In this document: piece after piece, positions 1 to 11,709 of the stretch
How positions within the stretch are numbered: the first letter of the stretch is position 1
Layout of the letters: each line of letters opens with the position of its first letter
Source: Takakia lepidozioides
Taxonomy: Eukaryota; Plantae; Bryophyta
Direction: 5' to 3'
Assembly (NCBI GenBank): GCA_030704615.1
Contig: CM060734.1
Coordinates: 10,044,001 to 10,108,000 of the forward strand
DNA: 64,000 nt
The notes under the pieces: generated by a model
What the model was told of the DNA's origin: nothing
Database searches by the model: none
Seen by the model: the letters and a program-made list of their open reading frames with translations, nothing else
Position numbers and translations under genes: made by a program

Positions 1-256
1 CTCGAGGTCTCCACCCCATGGTGAGTCCTATGCCACCCCCACTAAGTCCCACTAAGCTACCACCACCCCTTGTGGAGCCACCTCCACCGCAACCCGGTGT
101 GCGGGGCTCCACCTAGTGAGCGCCTCCGCCTCCTTGAGTGCCTTGGGCACTCAAGGGTGCTTCAGCCCCCCATACCTATCGCTGTGCCCCCCCCCCCACC
201 AGGGGCAGCCCCTCATGTGTCCCGACCCCCTGCCCTCAAGGCAAAGGGCCGCGACA
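1..256 (-). mobile_element. Partial LTR of the chromovirus family (continues left of the window), inserted into the last exon of the ParB-MTase gene
   Basis: Highly similar to 12185-12439. Ends in ...gggccgcgaca (TGTCGCG on the minus strand) at 256 and carries the CCTTGAGTGCC-N3-GGCACTCAAGG palindrome at 132-156. Confidence 0.9.
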
Positions 257-945
257 TGTGGAGGGCAATATCTGGCTCGAAGGCGAAGACATGCCTGTCG
301 GACAACGTCCCAGCCCACATTGAAGCACCCGAGGGACAAAGCGGGCGGTTAGTAGCATGTGGCATGTAATTGCAATCGGGCTAGGGGACATACTGTGCAT
401 GTGAAGGCTTACCCGTGCCGCATGTGAGGTTAAGAATCTGCCCTTGGACATCGGAGCACGTCTCCATGAGGGTTTGGATGAAAGCAGGGCTCCGGGTCCG
501 GCTATACCGCCACAGTTTGCCTATCTTTGTGTCCTTCGGCATACTAGAGTGGGGCACATAGTTGTAGGACATCGTAGGTAACAGGGTCCACAACGGCATC
601 AACAAGACGACCGTCGTTGCGGAATTTGAATGTAGACCCTCTCTTCACAAAACAATATGCCTCAAACACTAATGTCTGCACATCCAACAAAAGAGGGATC
701 AACTCCAAGGTTTTTTGAGGAGGACCGGGGTAGCACTTTTCGGTGTCCACCTTGCCACAACATTCTCTGTGGTCTTCCCTCTTGTGGCAAGGACCACCAT
801 ACATCCACCGTCATCCAAGAGCATCCCTGCCAGCCCAAACCCGGCTCTCCAGTAGTCCTCAGTAAACTTGTTCTAGGTGGGCATACCATCCAGGCCCTCC
901 AGCAGCTCCCCATCTGAAATATAGAGGAGAATCATATCGCAGGCT
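257..945 (-). other. N6_N4_Mtase-like (beta-class amino-methyltransferase) domain segment
   Basis: A motif IV-like segment precedes the motif I-like ILNLTCGTG by ~170 codons (beta order). Splicing the 84-bp intron 412-329 gives GTGAS..A..S.RHVFAFE.D, which resembles GSGTT..AA..lgR..iG.E. Confidence 0.7.
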
Positions 946-1864
946 CTCTCCACCTCAACAACACCCCCCCCCCCCCGAGTGCTCTTACAATCCGTGCTCA
1001 CAGCTATGGAGAATTCCATCATGGCTTCCAAACCAGGGGTGTCTTTAGGCTGATCTGTAGCGGCAGCCCTCTTCTTGGCTTTCCCCTTCAGCTCCTCCAA
1101 AGACTTGCTGTGTGCCACCTTCTTCGCCCTGGCAACCAGAGCGTCAAGGAAGCTCTCATTGACGCATTGGATGATTGTTGGGGGTTCTAGCTTTGGCCTG
1201 TGGGGAAACGTCACCGCCGAATACCGCCGTGTAGGCTCGCCCTCAAATGCCAACTTCTTGGTAGAGCCAGTCCCACTCCAAACTGACTTGGGAACCCGGA
1301 CAACCGGTGACTTGGTAGCAGCAGCAGCAGTCGCAGGACCTTGCACAAAGTCATCGTCGGAGTCACTCCCTTCGGGCCCCTCCTGCGCCTCCTCTCGTGC
1401 CCCAGTGGTTTTCTGTTTTTTGGGGGTTACTGCAGTCCCCTGTTTCCATGTCCTTTTCTTCTGTCCTTTATTCTTCTCATTCAACTTCTCCTGAATACCT
1501 GCCTGAGCAAGCTGCGCCGCTTTCCTGGACTTAGAAAGCGCTTTCGCCTCCTTTGGACCCAGTGGAGGCAGCGGAGCCTGGTTTCGTCGGGCCTCAGCAT
1601 CCAGCTTCAATTGAAACTTGGAGGCGTCGAGCCCTCCAGGCGGAAGGTCCACATACCAAGGGCAGTCGTGCAAATGCTCCAGATGCCACTCCTTCACGAT
1701 AACGTCAGTGTACATGGAATCAGCTCCAGGGTTCCTCCATGCGAGGAAGAATGGCGGCTTGAAGGAAAGATGACCTTTCTCCAACAGGGAGAATTTGCAG
1801 TACCTGTATTCAAGAAACCCACAGAGAATCAGGTCCCGGGAATGAGGTTAATGTTTCGTCAAGA

Positions 1865-2590
1865 AATTGCAAAAATGGCGCTGAATTTCTATGCGGGGTG
1901 GGCCCGATGGTCCTGGCTCCCCGGGGTGCCGTGCAATGAAAGTGGTAATTCGGCGCCATTTTTCCCGAGGGTGAGGGAGCCCATTCTGGGACTTAGCCGT
2001 TTTGGGGCCCAACCTAGAAAAATGGCGCCGAATTTCCACTTTCGGCCCCCAGAAATGGCTAAGTCCCTGGGGTGGCTGGCACCGAAACTGGAAATTCGGC
2101 GCCATTTTTCCAGGTTGGGGCCCAGCGCTTTCTGGGACTTAGCCACTTTCGGACCCAGCCTGGAAAAATGGCGCCGAATTTCCAATTCCGGGCCCCGAAA
2201 ATGGCTAAGTCCCGGGGGTGGCTGGCACCGAAACTGGAAATTCGGCGCCATTTTTCCAGGTTGGGGCGCAGCCCTTTCTGGGACTTAGCCACTTTTGGAC
2301 CCAGCCTGGAAAAATGGCGCCGAATTTCCAATTCCGGGCCCCGAAAATGGCTAAGTCTCGGGGTGGCTGGCACCGATACTGGAAATTCGGCGCCATTTTT
2401 CCAGGTTGGGGCCCAGCCTTTTCTGGGACTTACCCACTTTCGGACCCAGCCAAAAAAAATGGCGCCGAATTTCCAGTTCCAGGCCCCGAAAATGGCTAAG
2501 TCCCGGGGTGGCTGCCACCCATACTGGAAATTCGGCGCCATTTTCCCTGTCTCGGGGGCAGTCACCCCAGGGACTTCGCCATTTCTTCAC
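1865..2590. repeat. Intronic tandem array, ~146-bp unit x ~5, each unit built from two inverted ~73-bp halves
   Basis: ATGGCG(C/T)GAATTTC recurs at 1875, 2022, 2168, 2314 and 2459, alternating with GGAAATTCGGCGCCATTTT at ~1945, 2090, 2237, 2381 and 2526. Confidence 0.95.
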
Positions 2591-3904
2591 AACCAATTGT
2601 CATGCCCCACACAAGCCGTTTTACATCCACGAACTCCAGGGACTACAATGGCCACAGATCAAAGAGGAGCACCGCATATTGACCTGTACAGAAGGCGCAT
2701 TGCCGTTTTGTCCACGCTCGGCTGGTCGGCGAACTCGTGGCTCCGGCGGGCATGCGGTATCTCTGGAAAGAACAGGTCGGTTTTGTAGAGCAGAAAGTAC
2801 CTCGCCACATAGTTGCGTAGGCTCTCTGCTTCTCCAGAAATCTCCAGCTTGAACTGATGTGCTTGGGTGTCAAGCTGCTCTTGCGCATTTGTCGTCACCT
2901 GTGGAGATTCTCCATCACACTGCATTCCTCAATAAATACGAGAAATCCACCAGATACAAGAGTAGAAGCGCCAAATGAAGCATGGGAAAGTACCTGAAAC
3001 CACCATGTCATGCGGTTCATCCACATGTCGAATGTGGGGTCAGACAGTTTGTCGGGTTTGGGGAAGCTCCACATGTCCCTTGTACTCTGGGAGCCATTCC
3101 AGATTTGGAGCCACCGGGTCTGTCCAACCACCGTGCATATTAGTAAGCGCCAAACACCACGAAAACGAATTGTTGCCACAAGAGAATTTGGTTAAGAATG
3201 TATAACCTTCTCTGTTGCATCCACACAGGCTGTGGCTAGATGATGCAGCTTCTCCAGTGTCATCGTGGGCTTAAGAGCGCGGGAGTAGAGCTTCCCCACC
3301 TCCACCAGAAAGTCGGCACCAAGGGCGGGATCAGCTATGGCCACGTACTTCACCATCCGCGACTTGTACTTGATGCAAGCCTTCGCCTCCGCAGCTTTGA
3401 GATACGATTCCAATGCCGGGAGGGTTAGTTTCTTCTCCTCTGACTCCATGTAGAACCTCCGCGCATGTGCCAAATCCGGCTGAATTTTCGTCTGTCAACA
3501 ATGCGCACATAAGATTAGAAATCCTGGTCCACACTTTTTCTTCTATTGGGGGAGCAAAGACAGATTATGTCAACAAAAGAGTTAGGAGCTGTACCCGGAA
3601 TATGTAGTCCACCATGGCGTCCATGCTCAGCCTATACCAGGTTCTGTCTACATTTGCCTCCGACTTGCGCAGTAGGTCGGCACTGAGCAAATTGGCAAAC
3701 TTTTGCACCCCCTGCTTCCCGACATCCTTCACTCGGAAGAGCATGTGGGACAAGTTGGTGGCAATGAAGGCATTCTTAGTCACCCTGCAATGCCACATTT
3801 CCATTAAACGATACTGAAATGAGAATTTGCAACATATATGACGATTGGCAATGAAATGACTGTTTCAAATTCAAAGTTCCAAAGCAAGAGGCATTATAAC
3901 TTAC

Positions 3905-4350
3905 GAGTTGATGTCTGCCAGTGCAGCTTTGAGAAGACTACGATCTTTGGGCCCCGCAACCTTCAGCACAACACACTCCACGGCATAATGTCAATCCAGG
4001 TCGTTGGGGTGGGCTTGGGCTATGTGCTCCATCCATGCCAGGAGGCGATGATTGCCGTCCCACACGTAAAACATCTTTCCGGACAAGTGGTGGAAAAGAG
4101 GATCAGTAGCAATCAATCTCTCGAACTCCTCATTTCGCCTTTGCCAATGGGGACCCCATTTGTCCACCTCATCGGAAGTGTGGGCACGAGAAGCTCCGTG
4201 GTCGTTCTCAATGGAAACATAAAACGCGGCAGACCCCATTCGATATCCCCCCCGGAAAGAGAATTTTAGCTTGTCGATATTGCATGGGAGGGCAGGTCTC
4301 ACCACCTGCAATGATACCAAGTGGCAGAGAGGAATCCGAAGCTTTGCCGG
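3905..4350 (-). other. ParB/Sulfiredoxin-like domain segment
   Basis: LRIPLCHLVSLQVVRP...FYVWDGNHRLLAW matches the (I/V)xDG(N/H)HR(L)xA core of ParB/Srx domains. Confidence 0.75.
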
Positions 4351-5606
4351 GTACACCATGCCCCCAAGGACCCTCCCAATGTTGCTGTGGGTTGCCTCCA
4401 ACATGTTGGCAGTGGACAACTTCATATCTGCCTTCGACATGACGTCTGTTGCAGGGGGGTTCTCCGGCAGCCCACCAAGACCACCAAATCCAGCCTATAT
4501 GCTCCGGGTTTGGGGCCCTGGGATCTTCGGGAGGATGTCATCCTGGTTAGAAAGGTCCCTCTCGTCGTCCTCAACTTCGTCAATCACCGGCGGAAGCACC
4601 TCGTGCCCTCTCCCCGTCTTCACCTCCATCTCCCACATTTCGTGGTCTTTGTGGTGTTCTATCCCCTCCCCCAGTCTCCACCGTATGGGTAATTGCGGGG
4701 GCTGCTCCCACCCGCAATGGTGTAACCGGTAAGGATGCAGCGGGTGTGTTACTGCCTGTTTCTGCTGTCTTGGAGGGATCCACCGTTTCTGTGCGTCCCT
4801 CGCTTACATGGGCATCTGTCATTTCCACACCCCCGGCCTCTTCAGTGGCCTTTTCTCTTGCCTCATGGCTAGCCTTCTGTCTCGCCTATTCTTTTGCCCT
4901 CTCTTTTGCCCTCTCACGGGCCTTCTGTTTCTTACTAGGCGTAGCAGCAAGAGAGGCCTCCAGGACGACCATCTTTGATTGCGGGGAACTGACACTCTCA
5001 CGCACCTTAGTTGGTGTTCTGTTCAGACCCCCCTCGGCAGCCTGTGATGGCTCTCTCGCCGGGGATTGCATGTGCTTGGGTTTCTTCCTCTTTGCGTGGG
5101 CGGGCCCTCCTGCATGTGCATCAGCTTCCTGGATTGGTGGATCTGCTGTCCTCATGTGACGCCCTGCACCTGCCATGCCGGCTGCACCAACCTCCCAAAT
5201 GCCTATTTGGGCGTACTCCCGTTCCAGGGCCTCCTGTCCACCAACAAAAGGAGCAACTTCCTGTGAGCCCTCCTGCCCCTGCTTTGGCTTCCCGAATATG
5301 CAAAGCACGTGGTCTGCAGATTGCTGCCGATGACTGTCTGACTGCGCTCAATGAGTAGCCGCTTTTCGAGTGAGTGCACGAGGAGTTGGAGCTGTCGCCG
5401 ATACCACCACCGTGTCAAGCTTGTCTTCACTCTGTCATCCCCAACAAGAGCGCCACAATCGCCGCCACAGTCGTGAGAGGCAGAGTAGGGAGTGGCATGG
5501 AACAACCATGAAAGCAAAACCAAGTAAAGGCTTAAAAACACATGAAGAAGCACATGCACAAGGATGCCAAAACAAACAAAACAAAGCCAATCAGACGACC
5601 GCACAT

Positions 5607-6198
5607 TGTCACGCACCTCACTTCGGTAAGCTCCCCTTCAAGTCATAGTTACTCGCTTTGATGCACGCGCCTAACTCCCAAACTGGACGCCGGGCCAACT
5701 CGGAGCTTCGGCTGCTCACCAGGACATAACGGTCCCCCTTTACTCCTCCACCAGACCCTCGCTCAATTTGGGCCTAGTGGAAAATTCCCTTTGGTTGTTG
5801 GCAATCCGGAACAGCTCCCCACACCTTGGTCGCTTTCCGGCTCGCACCCTTGAGTGCCTAAGGCACTCAAGGAGGCGGAGGCACTCACTAGGTGGAGCCC
5901 CGCACACCGGGTTGTGGTGGGGAGAGGTCCACGAGGAGTGGTGGTAGCTTAGTGGGTCTTAGTGGGTCTTAGTGGGGGTGGCATAGAACTCACCATGGGG
6001 TGAAGACCTTGTGGTGGGAGTCGTGGGGAGTCTTGGGACTCATCACGGTCCAATGGTGGTGGGTGGGCCAAGACTCACCACGACTCACCACCGGGAATCG
6101 AGGGTTTTCGTGGTGGTTCGCCATAAAACAACCCACTGGCCCCACCACAGGGGCAGCCCCTCTTGTGTCCCGACCCCCCCCCCCCCCCCCTCAAGCAC
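5607..6198 (-). repeat. 3' LTR of the chromovirus, internally rearranged
   Basis: 5607-5847 matches 11710-11950, 5844-6128 is the reverse complement of 12061-12339, and 6133-6195 matches 12363-12423. Confidence 0.9.
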
Positions 6199-7103
6199 AC
6201 ACAACCCCTACCAGCAGGGAGTCGATGTCCTCATTGACTTGTCCATTTGTAGAAACTAACATCCAGATTGTGGCGTCCCACATCAAGGAGTTTGTTTCCG
6301 TACCATGGCGTCACATGGCAAAGAACCAAACCCCCACTTGACTCTACTCTCCACTAGCTAGTTCGGCCAACCTCCTCCAAGTCCTGGCCAAGGGTGGAGC
6401 CTCTCAAGCTCCACCCAGTGCACTCTTCTTGGCCCACTTCAAGGCCAAGGAACGATCCTCCCCGAGGATCGAATCGCCTTACTGCAACAACATTGCTTGC
6501 GATCGCTCATGATGCCGCTTTTGGCATCACCTTGAGCAAGGGTTCACCTTGAACCCCCTTTTGACTAGGAAGATAACCTTGAACCAACCGTGCACCCCAA
6601 TCACTACAATTGGGTCCGCCTTGGAATGCTGACCTGAGGTACGGGAACATGCCGAAGCCGCACTACGACTTCGTCCCGAGGTTACACGATTATAGTACGT
6701 GAACGGAAGCACGTAATTTCCGTTTTAGCCCGCACTACAAGGCAACCCCTCGGTAGCGCAATTATAGTATGCGCACGCGCCAGGTGCGCACTAGCACGTG
6801 AACTCCCAAAGAAGGCACAAGTTTCCTTGCCCCTTGGATGGGAGTCACCCGATTTTGGCACTGCGCAAACACACAATTAATCCAATTTACCTCTCCGACT
6901 TTTGTAAGCTAGCATGCATTCTACACACTAGCAAACCATACCATGCATCACCATTCCAAACAACATAGGAAGCACAACATTTGGAAACCATTTCATTTAT
7001 AACAAAAAATTTATAACACAAGTTTTTGCAATCGGATTCGTGAGCTAGCTAAGCCGGACTAAGCATGCATTTCCTCCCCCACGCTCCAAGGTTGATGTCC
7101 CCA

Positions 7104-10100
7104 TCAACGCTTCTTCCGCTTTTGAGGTCGCCCTTCGAAAGTTGCAACTGCCTCAGATGCGTTTCCCATTTCTGAGGCACGCACCCAAGTTGCCTCCACA
7201 TGATGATAGCCCTTCCATTTCACGAGATACTCCGTTTCTCGATTCTTGAACCTCCTCGACTTAAGCACTGCCTCCACCTCGTACTCAGGTTCATTTTCAT
7301 GATCCAACAGCACAGGTGGCGGACGCAACACTTGATGCCGATTCGGACGCGCTACATCTTTGAAGTTAGGCTTCAAAAGGGAGACGTGGAATACCGGATG
7401 CACCTTGCTGTTTGCCGGCAGCTCCAATTAATACACATCCTCATTCATAACCTTCCGGATGCGAAAGGGCCCTGCATACGGAGGTACGAACTTCGGACTC
7501 ACTTCCGGAGGTAGTCGAAAATTCTTGATGTTCAACCAGACCTCCGTGTTTGCCTCAAACTTAACTTTCCTCCGCTTCCGATTCGCCTGCCATTCATACC
7601 GTTTCCTAGCTTTGGCAATGTTGTACTTTGCGAGCTTCAACAAACGCTCGCGTTCTTCCAGCACCGCTGCTGCTGCCGGTTCCTCAACGTCTTGAGCGGC
7701 CCAACTTGTCGGCACCAGAGGTGCTTTTCCATAGACCAATACGAAAGGGAAAACTCCCATTGCGGAGTGTTTTGTGTTATTATAACAGAACTCTGCCGTA
7801 TCCAAGTGCTCCACCCAAATTGATTGGTCTGCCGACACATAATTCCGCAATATCTGCTTCACCACGGAATTCACTCTTTCCGTTTGGCCGTCCGTCGTAG
7901 TCGGAAGGCGGTGCTCATCTTAAGCCTCGTCCCTATTTTCTTCCAAAGTGCTCTCCAAAATTTACTTCTAAACTTTGGATCGCGGTCGGAGACAATATCC
8001 TTCGGGAGTCCATGATACTTGAAGACGTGGGCGAAGTAAAGTTGCCCCGTCTCCTTTGCCGTTGTTGTCTCTTTGGTGGGAATGAAATGGCCCATTTTAC
8101 TGAACCTATCCACCACCACCATGATTGCATTGAATCCTTTTGACAGCGACATAGCAGTCATGAAATCCATCGAGACACTTTCCCAAGACCCCTATGGAAT
8201 CGGCAAGGGTTGTAACAGCCCCGCTTGCTTTTTGTACTCGCTCCGGTTTGTTGGCATGTGGTGCAATGTCTTGACATACTCCTTGGCCTCCTCCCTCAGT
8301 TTGGGCCAGAAATACTCTTTCTTCATGAGTGCCGCGGTGCGCTTGGCTCCGCCGTGGCCCGCAAGCGGACCATCGTGGCATTATCTCAAGAGACTATCTC
8401 TGATCCCTCCCTTCGGCACGTAGAGACGCTTTTGCTTGTACCGGAGCAGTCCATTATGTAAGTAGAATAGTGATTTAACTCCCATCCTCAAGTCCCGCAT
8501 CAGGGACTTTGTCATCTCATCGCCTTCCGGATCTTCCTTTGGAGCGCCGTCTCACCCCTGTACACCAACATGAGCTGCTGCTTTCTACTTAAATCATCGG
8601 CCACCACATTGTCCTGGTTTGTACTGGATATCCACGTCGAACACTGCCAAAGTGTCTTGCCACCTAAGTTGTTTTGGGGACAACTTAGGCTGCGTGGCAA
8701 AATACTTCACCGTGACATTGTCCGTGAACACCTTCACCGGGTTGGAACCAACATAGTGGCGCCAAAGCTCAGGGCAATGCACCACCGCCTTCATTTCTTT
8801 CTCGTGCATAGGCCACAGTCGCTCCACTTCATTCAGTTTCTTGCTTTCGTAAGCCACTGGACGTCCATCCTGCATGAGCACACCCCCAATTGCGAAGTCC
8901 GACGCATCTGTATGAATCTCAGATGGACGGTCGAACTCCGGGATTTTCAGGACTGAAGCTTCCGTCATCCGCTGCTTCAACTCGGCAAAAGCTTGGGCAC
9001 AAAATGTGTTCCATACCCATACCTTGACTTACACAGAAGGTCTGATAGCGGCCCGCGATCTTGGCAAAAATTTCTCACATACTTTCGGTAATAGGAGGCG
9101 AGTCCTAGGAAGGATCGTACTCCCGGGACCGAAGTTGGAGGCTCCCAGTCCAAGATCGCCCTCACCTTTCTTTCATCCATTTTGATCCCATCCTGTGTAA
9201 TCACATGCCCTGGGAACTCCACTTTTGTGACCCCGAATTCGCACTTTGAAGCTTTGGCATACAGTTTCCCTTCCCGCAATTTCTGGAACACCCTTTTGAG
9301 GTGCTCCAGGTGCTCTTCCTTTGTTTTCGAGTACACCAAGATGTCGTCGATGTACACGATCACAAAGTTATCCAACCACTCCTGGAAAAGGTTGTTCATT
9401 AGCGTGTTAAAGGTCGCGGGTGCGTTGGTGAGCCCAAAATGCATCACCAAGAACTCATATGAACCATATCTTGTCCTACACGCGGTCTTCTCCTCATCTC
9501 CTTCCGCCACTCGGATTTGATGGTAACCTGAACGCAATTCGATCCAGCTGAAATACTTTTCTCCTGCCAACCGATCGAAGAGGTGGTCAATTCTTGGCAA
9601 AGGGTACCGGTTTTTTATAGTCACCTTATTCAGTGCCCTGTAATCGACACACATCCGCAACATCCCATCCTTCTTGTCTGCGAATAGCACCGGGGCTCCG
9701 TAAGGTGACTTACTCGGCCGGATGTACCCCTTTGACATTAGATCCTTGAGCTAGGCCTTCAGCTCGACCAACTCTCTGTGGCTCAACCGGTAGGGCGCCT
9801 TGCCAGGCGGCTCCGATCCCGGTATAACCTCTATCTTGTGGTCAACTCCTCTTTGCGGTGGCAAGCCGCTTGGCAAGTCCTCTGGCGTCACATCCTGGTA
9901 TTTCTCCAAGATCCCCTTGATCCAATCTGGGCTCAGCTCCCTATCGACTTCTCCTTCCACTTGTCTTACGTAAAGCAAAAACTGGGGCTCGTGTGGCTCC
10001 TCCACGGCCCACTCCTTTGCTGACAGCAGGTTTATTTGCCCTCCCACTCGGTTGGGCGACGTTTCCGAAACCTGTAAAACTTCGCCACCATTCCCACACG

Positions 10101-11654
10101 GTAGCGTGACTATTCTCTTGCGGCCATCTATAACCACTCCGGATTTGCTCAAAAAGGTCATCCCCAAAATGAGATCCACTCCATCGATCTCGCAAATGGT
10201 AAAGTTCTCACGTCCCTCCCAACCCCCGCGCTGAAGAGGAACATTAAACGCCAACCTCGTCGCCAATTGTGGTTCTCCTTTGGCAGAACGCACTTCAATA
10301 GAGGCCCCCACATCACTTGTCGGGAGCCCCAACTTCCGTGCCGTTGCCGGTGTCATGAAGGAGTGCAACGCTCCTGTGTCCACCAACAACGACACGTTAG
10401 TTCCGGAAATTATCCCACTCACGAACATTAACTGACTCCTTTTACGCAAGGGGCCAGTCTCCTGATACAACTCACAAGAGTAGTTGCATACCTTGCAAGT
10501 CTTGGCGACCACCGCTTCCACCAAGCGACTGATGGAATCTTCAGACAGCTCCGTGGTCACTCGACTCATGTTCAATTGTCGGGGTTTCGCGCACTTCTTG
10601 GCCATGTACCCGGGCTCCCCGCAATTAAAGCACACTCCATCGAAGGTCGCCTTCTGTCCGCCATAAGCCGCCGCACCTGATTTTCCTTTCGGAGCACCGG
10701 GTGCCGCCTTGACATGTGAAGGCCCTCCCTTCGATTTCCATGTGCCATTGTCGTCGCGTGGCCTATCCCACTTCTTTTCCAGTCGGAAGGAGTCACCCTC
10801 TCGCCGGATCTTCTTGTGGTTCAGCTCCGTACGACCTTGTATTTCGCCCCTAGGGACATCCGAAAAACATTCAGGCCTTTCAATTGCTTCGTTCAAAGTC
10901 TTAGGTGGCTTCTCCTCCAACTTCCGCCTGGCCCATGGGGCCAGTCCCGCCACAATGTTGAAGACCATTTCTGGTTCTGCCATATCCGCGACTTCGAGCA
11001 ACAACACATTGAAAGCCTGAACATATCCCTGAATGTCATCCGTTTGCTTTAAATTCCTCATCTTGTCCCGGGCAATCCAGGACGCGTTGAGAGACACAAA
11101 TTGTCTTTTCATAAGTTCCTTGAACCCACTCCAGCTCAAGGTTTCCGGGTTTGGACCTTGGTCATGAAGACGTTTCTACCACCATTGTTGAGCATAGCCC
11201 CTCAAATAGGTGGGAGCCACTTTCACCCGATCCTCGTCACTCAACTTGGCCGCCCGGGAGTACTGCTCTAGCTCCAAGAGCCAGGTGTTGAGTGCCTTCC
11301 GATTTTGGATGCCCTCAAAGGTGCCAAGTTCCTTAGGCTTCACCTTAAAACTTTGCGTTAGTGGAAGTGGCATTAGCCACCTTCAACGCGTCTTTCAACG
11401 TCCCACTAAACTGCGCCAACAACCCTTCCCAAAAGGCTGCTGGCATGGGAGGCATCTTGTTGGTCTGGCGGAGCCTCTGGGAAGTCCTCGGGCTCCGACT
11501 CCCAAAATTCCTCCCGTCCTTGTGCGGCCTCGCTTTCTGAAGCATGAATCGCCTCTTCCGATTGCCGCTTTGGTGACACGTCGCCCCCACCGGGCTCACC
11601 AGGATCATCATCTTTTGGGCTGTTCCGCTTTCGCTTTGTCTTGCCCAACCCCAT
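7104..11654 (-). pseudogene. gag-pol polyprotein with C-terminal chromodomain, frameshifted
   Basis: Zn knuckle CFNCGEPGYMAKKC, protease LVDTGA, RT YIDD and RNase H TDASDFAIG. Integrase SMDF..VVVDRFSK..IVSDRD. Chromodomain EYEVEAVL..EYLVKWKGY..ATW (7104-7300). Confidence 0.95.
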
Positions 11655-11695
11655 GATGAGGCCAATCTCAAGGATGATCGCGTACTGAACTCTAA

Positions 11696-11707
11696 GCTCT
11701 GATACCA
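11696..11707 (-). promoter_or_regulatory. Primer-binding site complementary to the 3' end of initiator tRNA-Met
   Basis: TGGTATCAGAGC on the minus strand, 2 nt inside the 5' LTR end. Confidence 0.95.
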
Positions 11708-11709
11708 AG

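Larger units (their letters stand above)
257..5310 (-). pseudogene. Multi-exon gene: low-complexity N-terminus + ParB/Srx-like domain + helical region + beta-class N4C/N6A DNA methyltransferase-like domain, disrupted by stops and frameshifts
   Basis: Exons approx. 5310-3905, 3784-3595, 3479-3207, 3119-2994, 2919-~2635, 1803-413 and 328-257. Introns are GT..AG (last acceptor reads CGG). ParB signature VWDGNHRLLAW at 4065-4033. MTase elements: CDMILLYISDG (motif IV-like), P-x-[W>stop]-N, LLDDGGCMVVL, then WRYSRTRSPAFIQTLMETCSDVQGQILNLTCGTG|ASMWAGTLSDRHVFAFEPD (motif I and the following strand). Confidence 0.75.

Noticed and set aside
1865-2590. CRISPR-like array
   Set aside because: The intervening sequences are themselves repeated, there are no unique spacers or cas genes, and the context is eukaryotic.
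1848-2852. Many overlapping ORFs with MAPNFQFR / KWRRIS repeats
   Set aside because: Translations of the GC-rich dyad satellite inside an intron; open in most frames on both strands.
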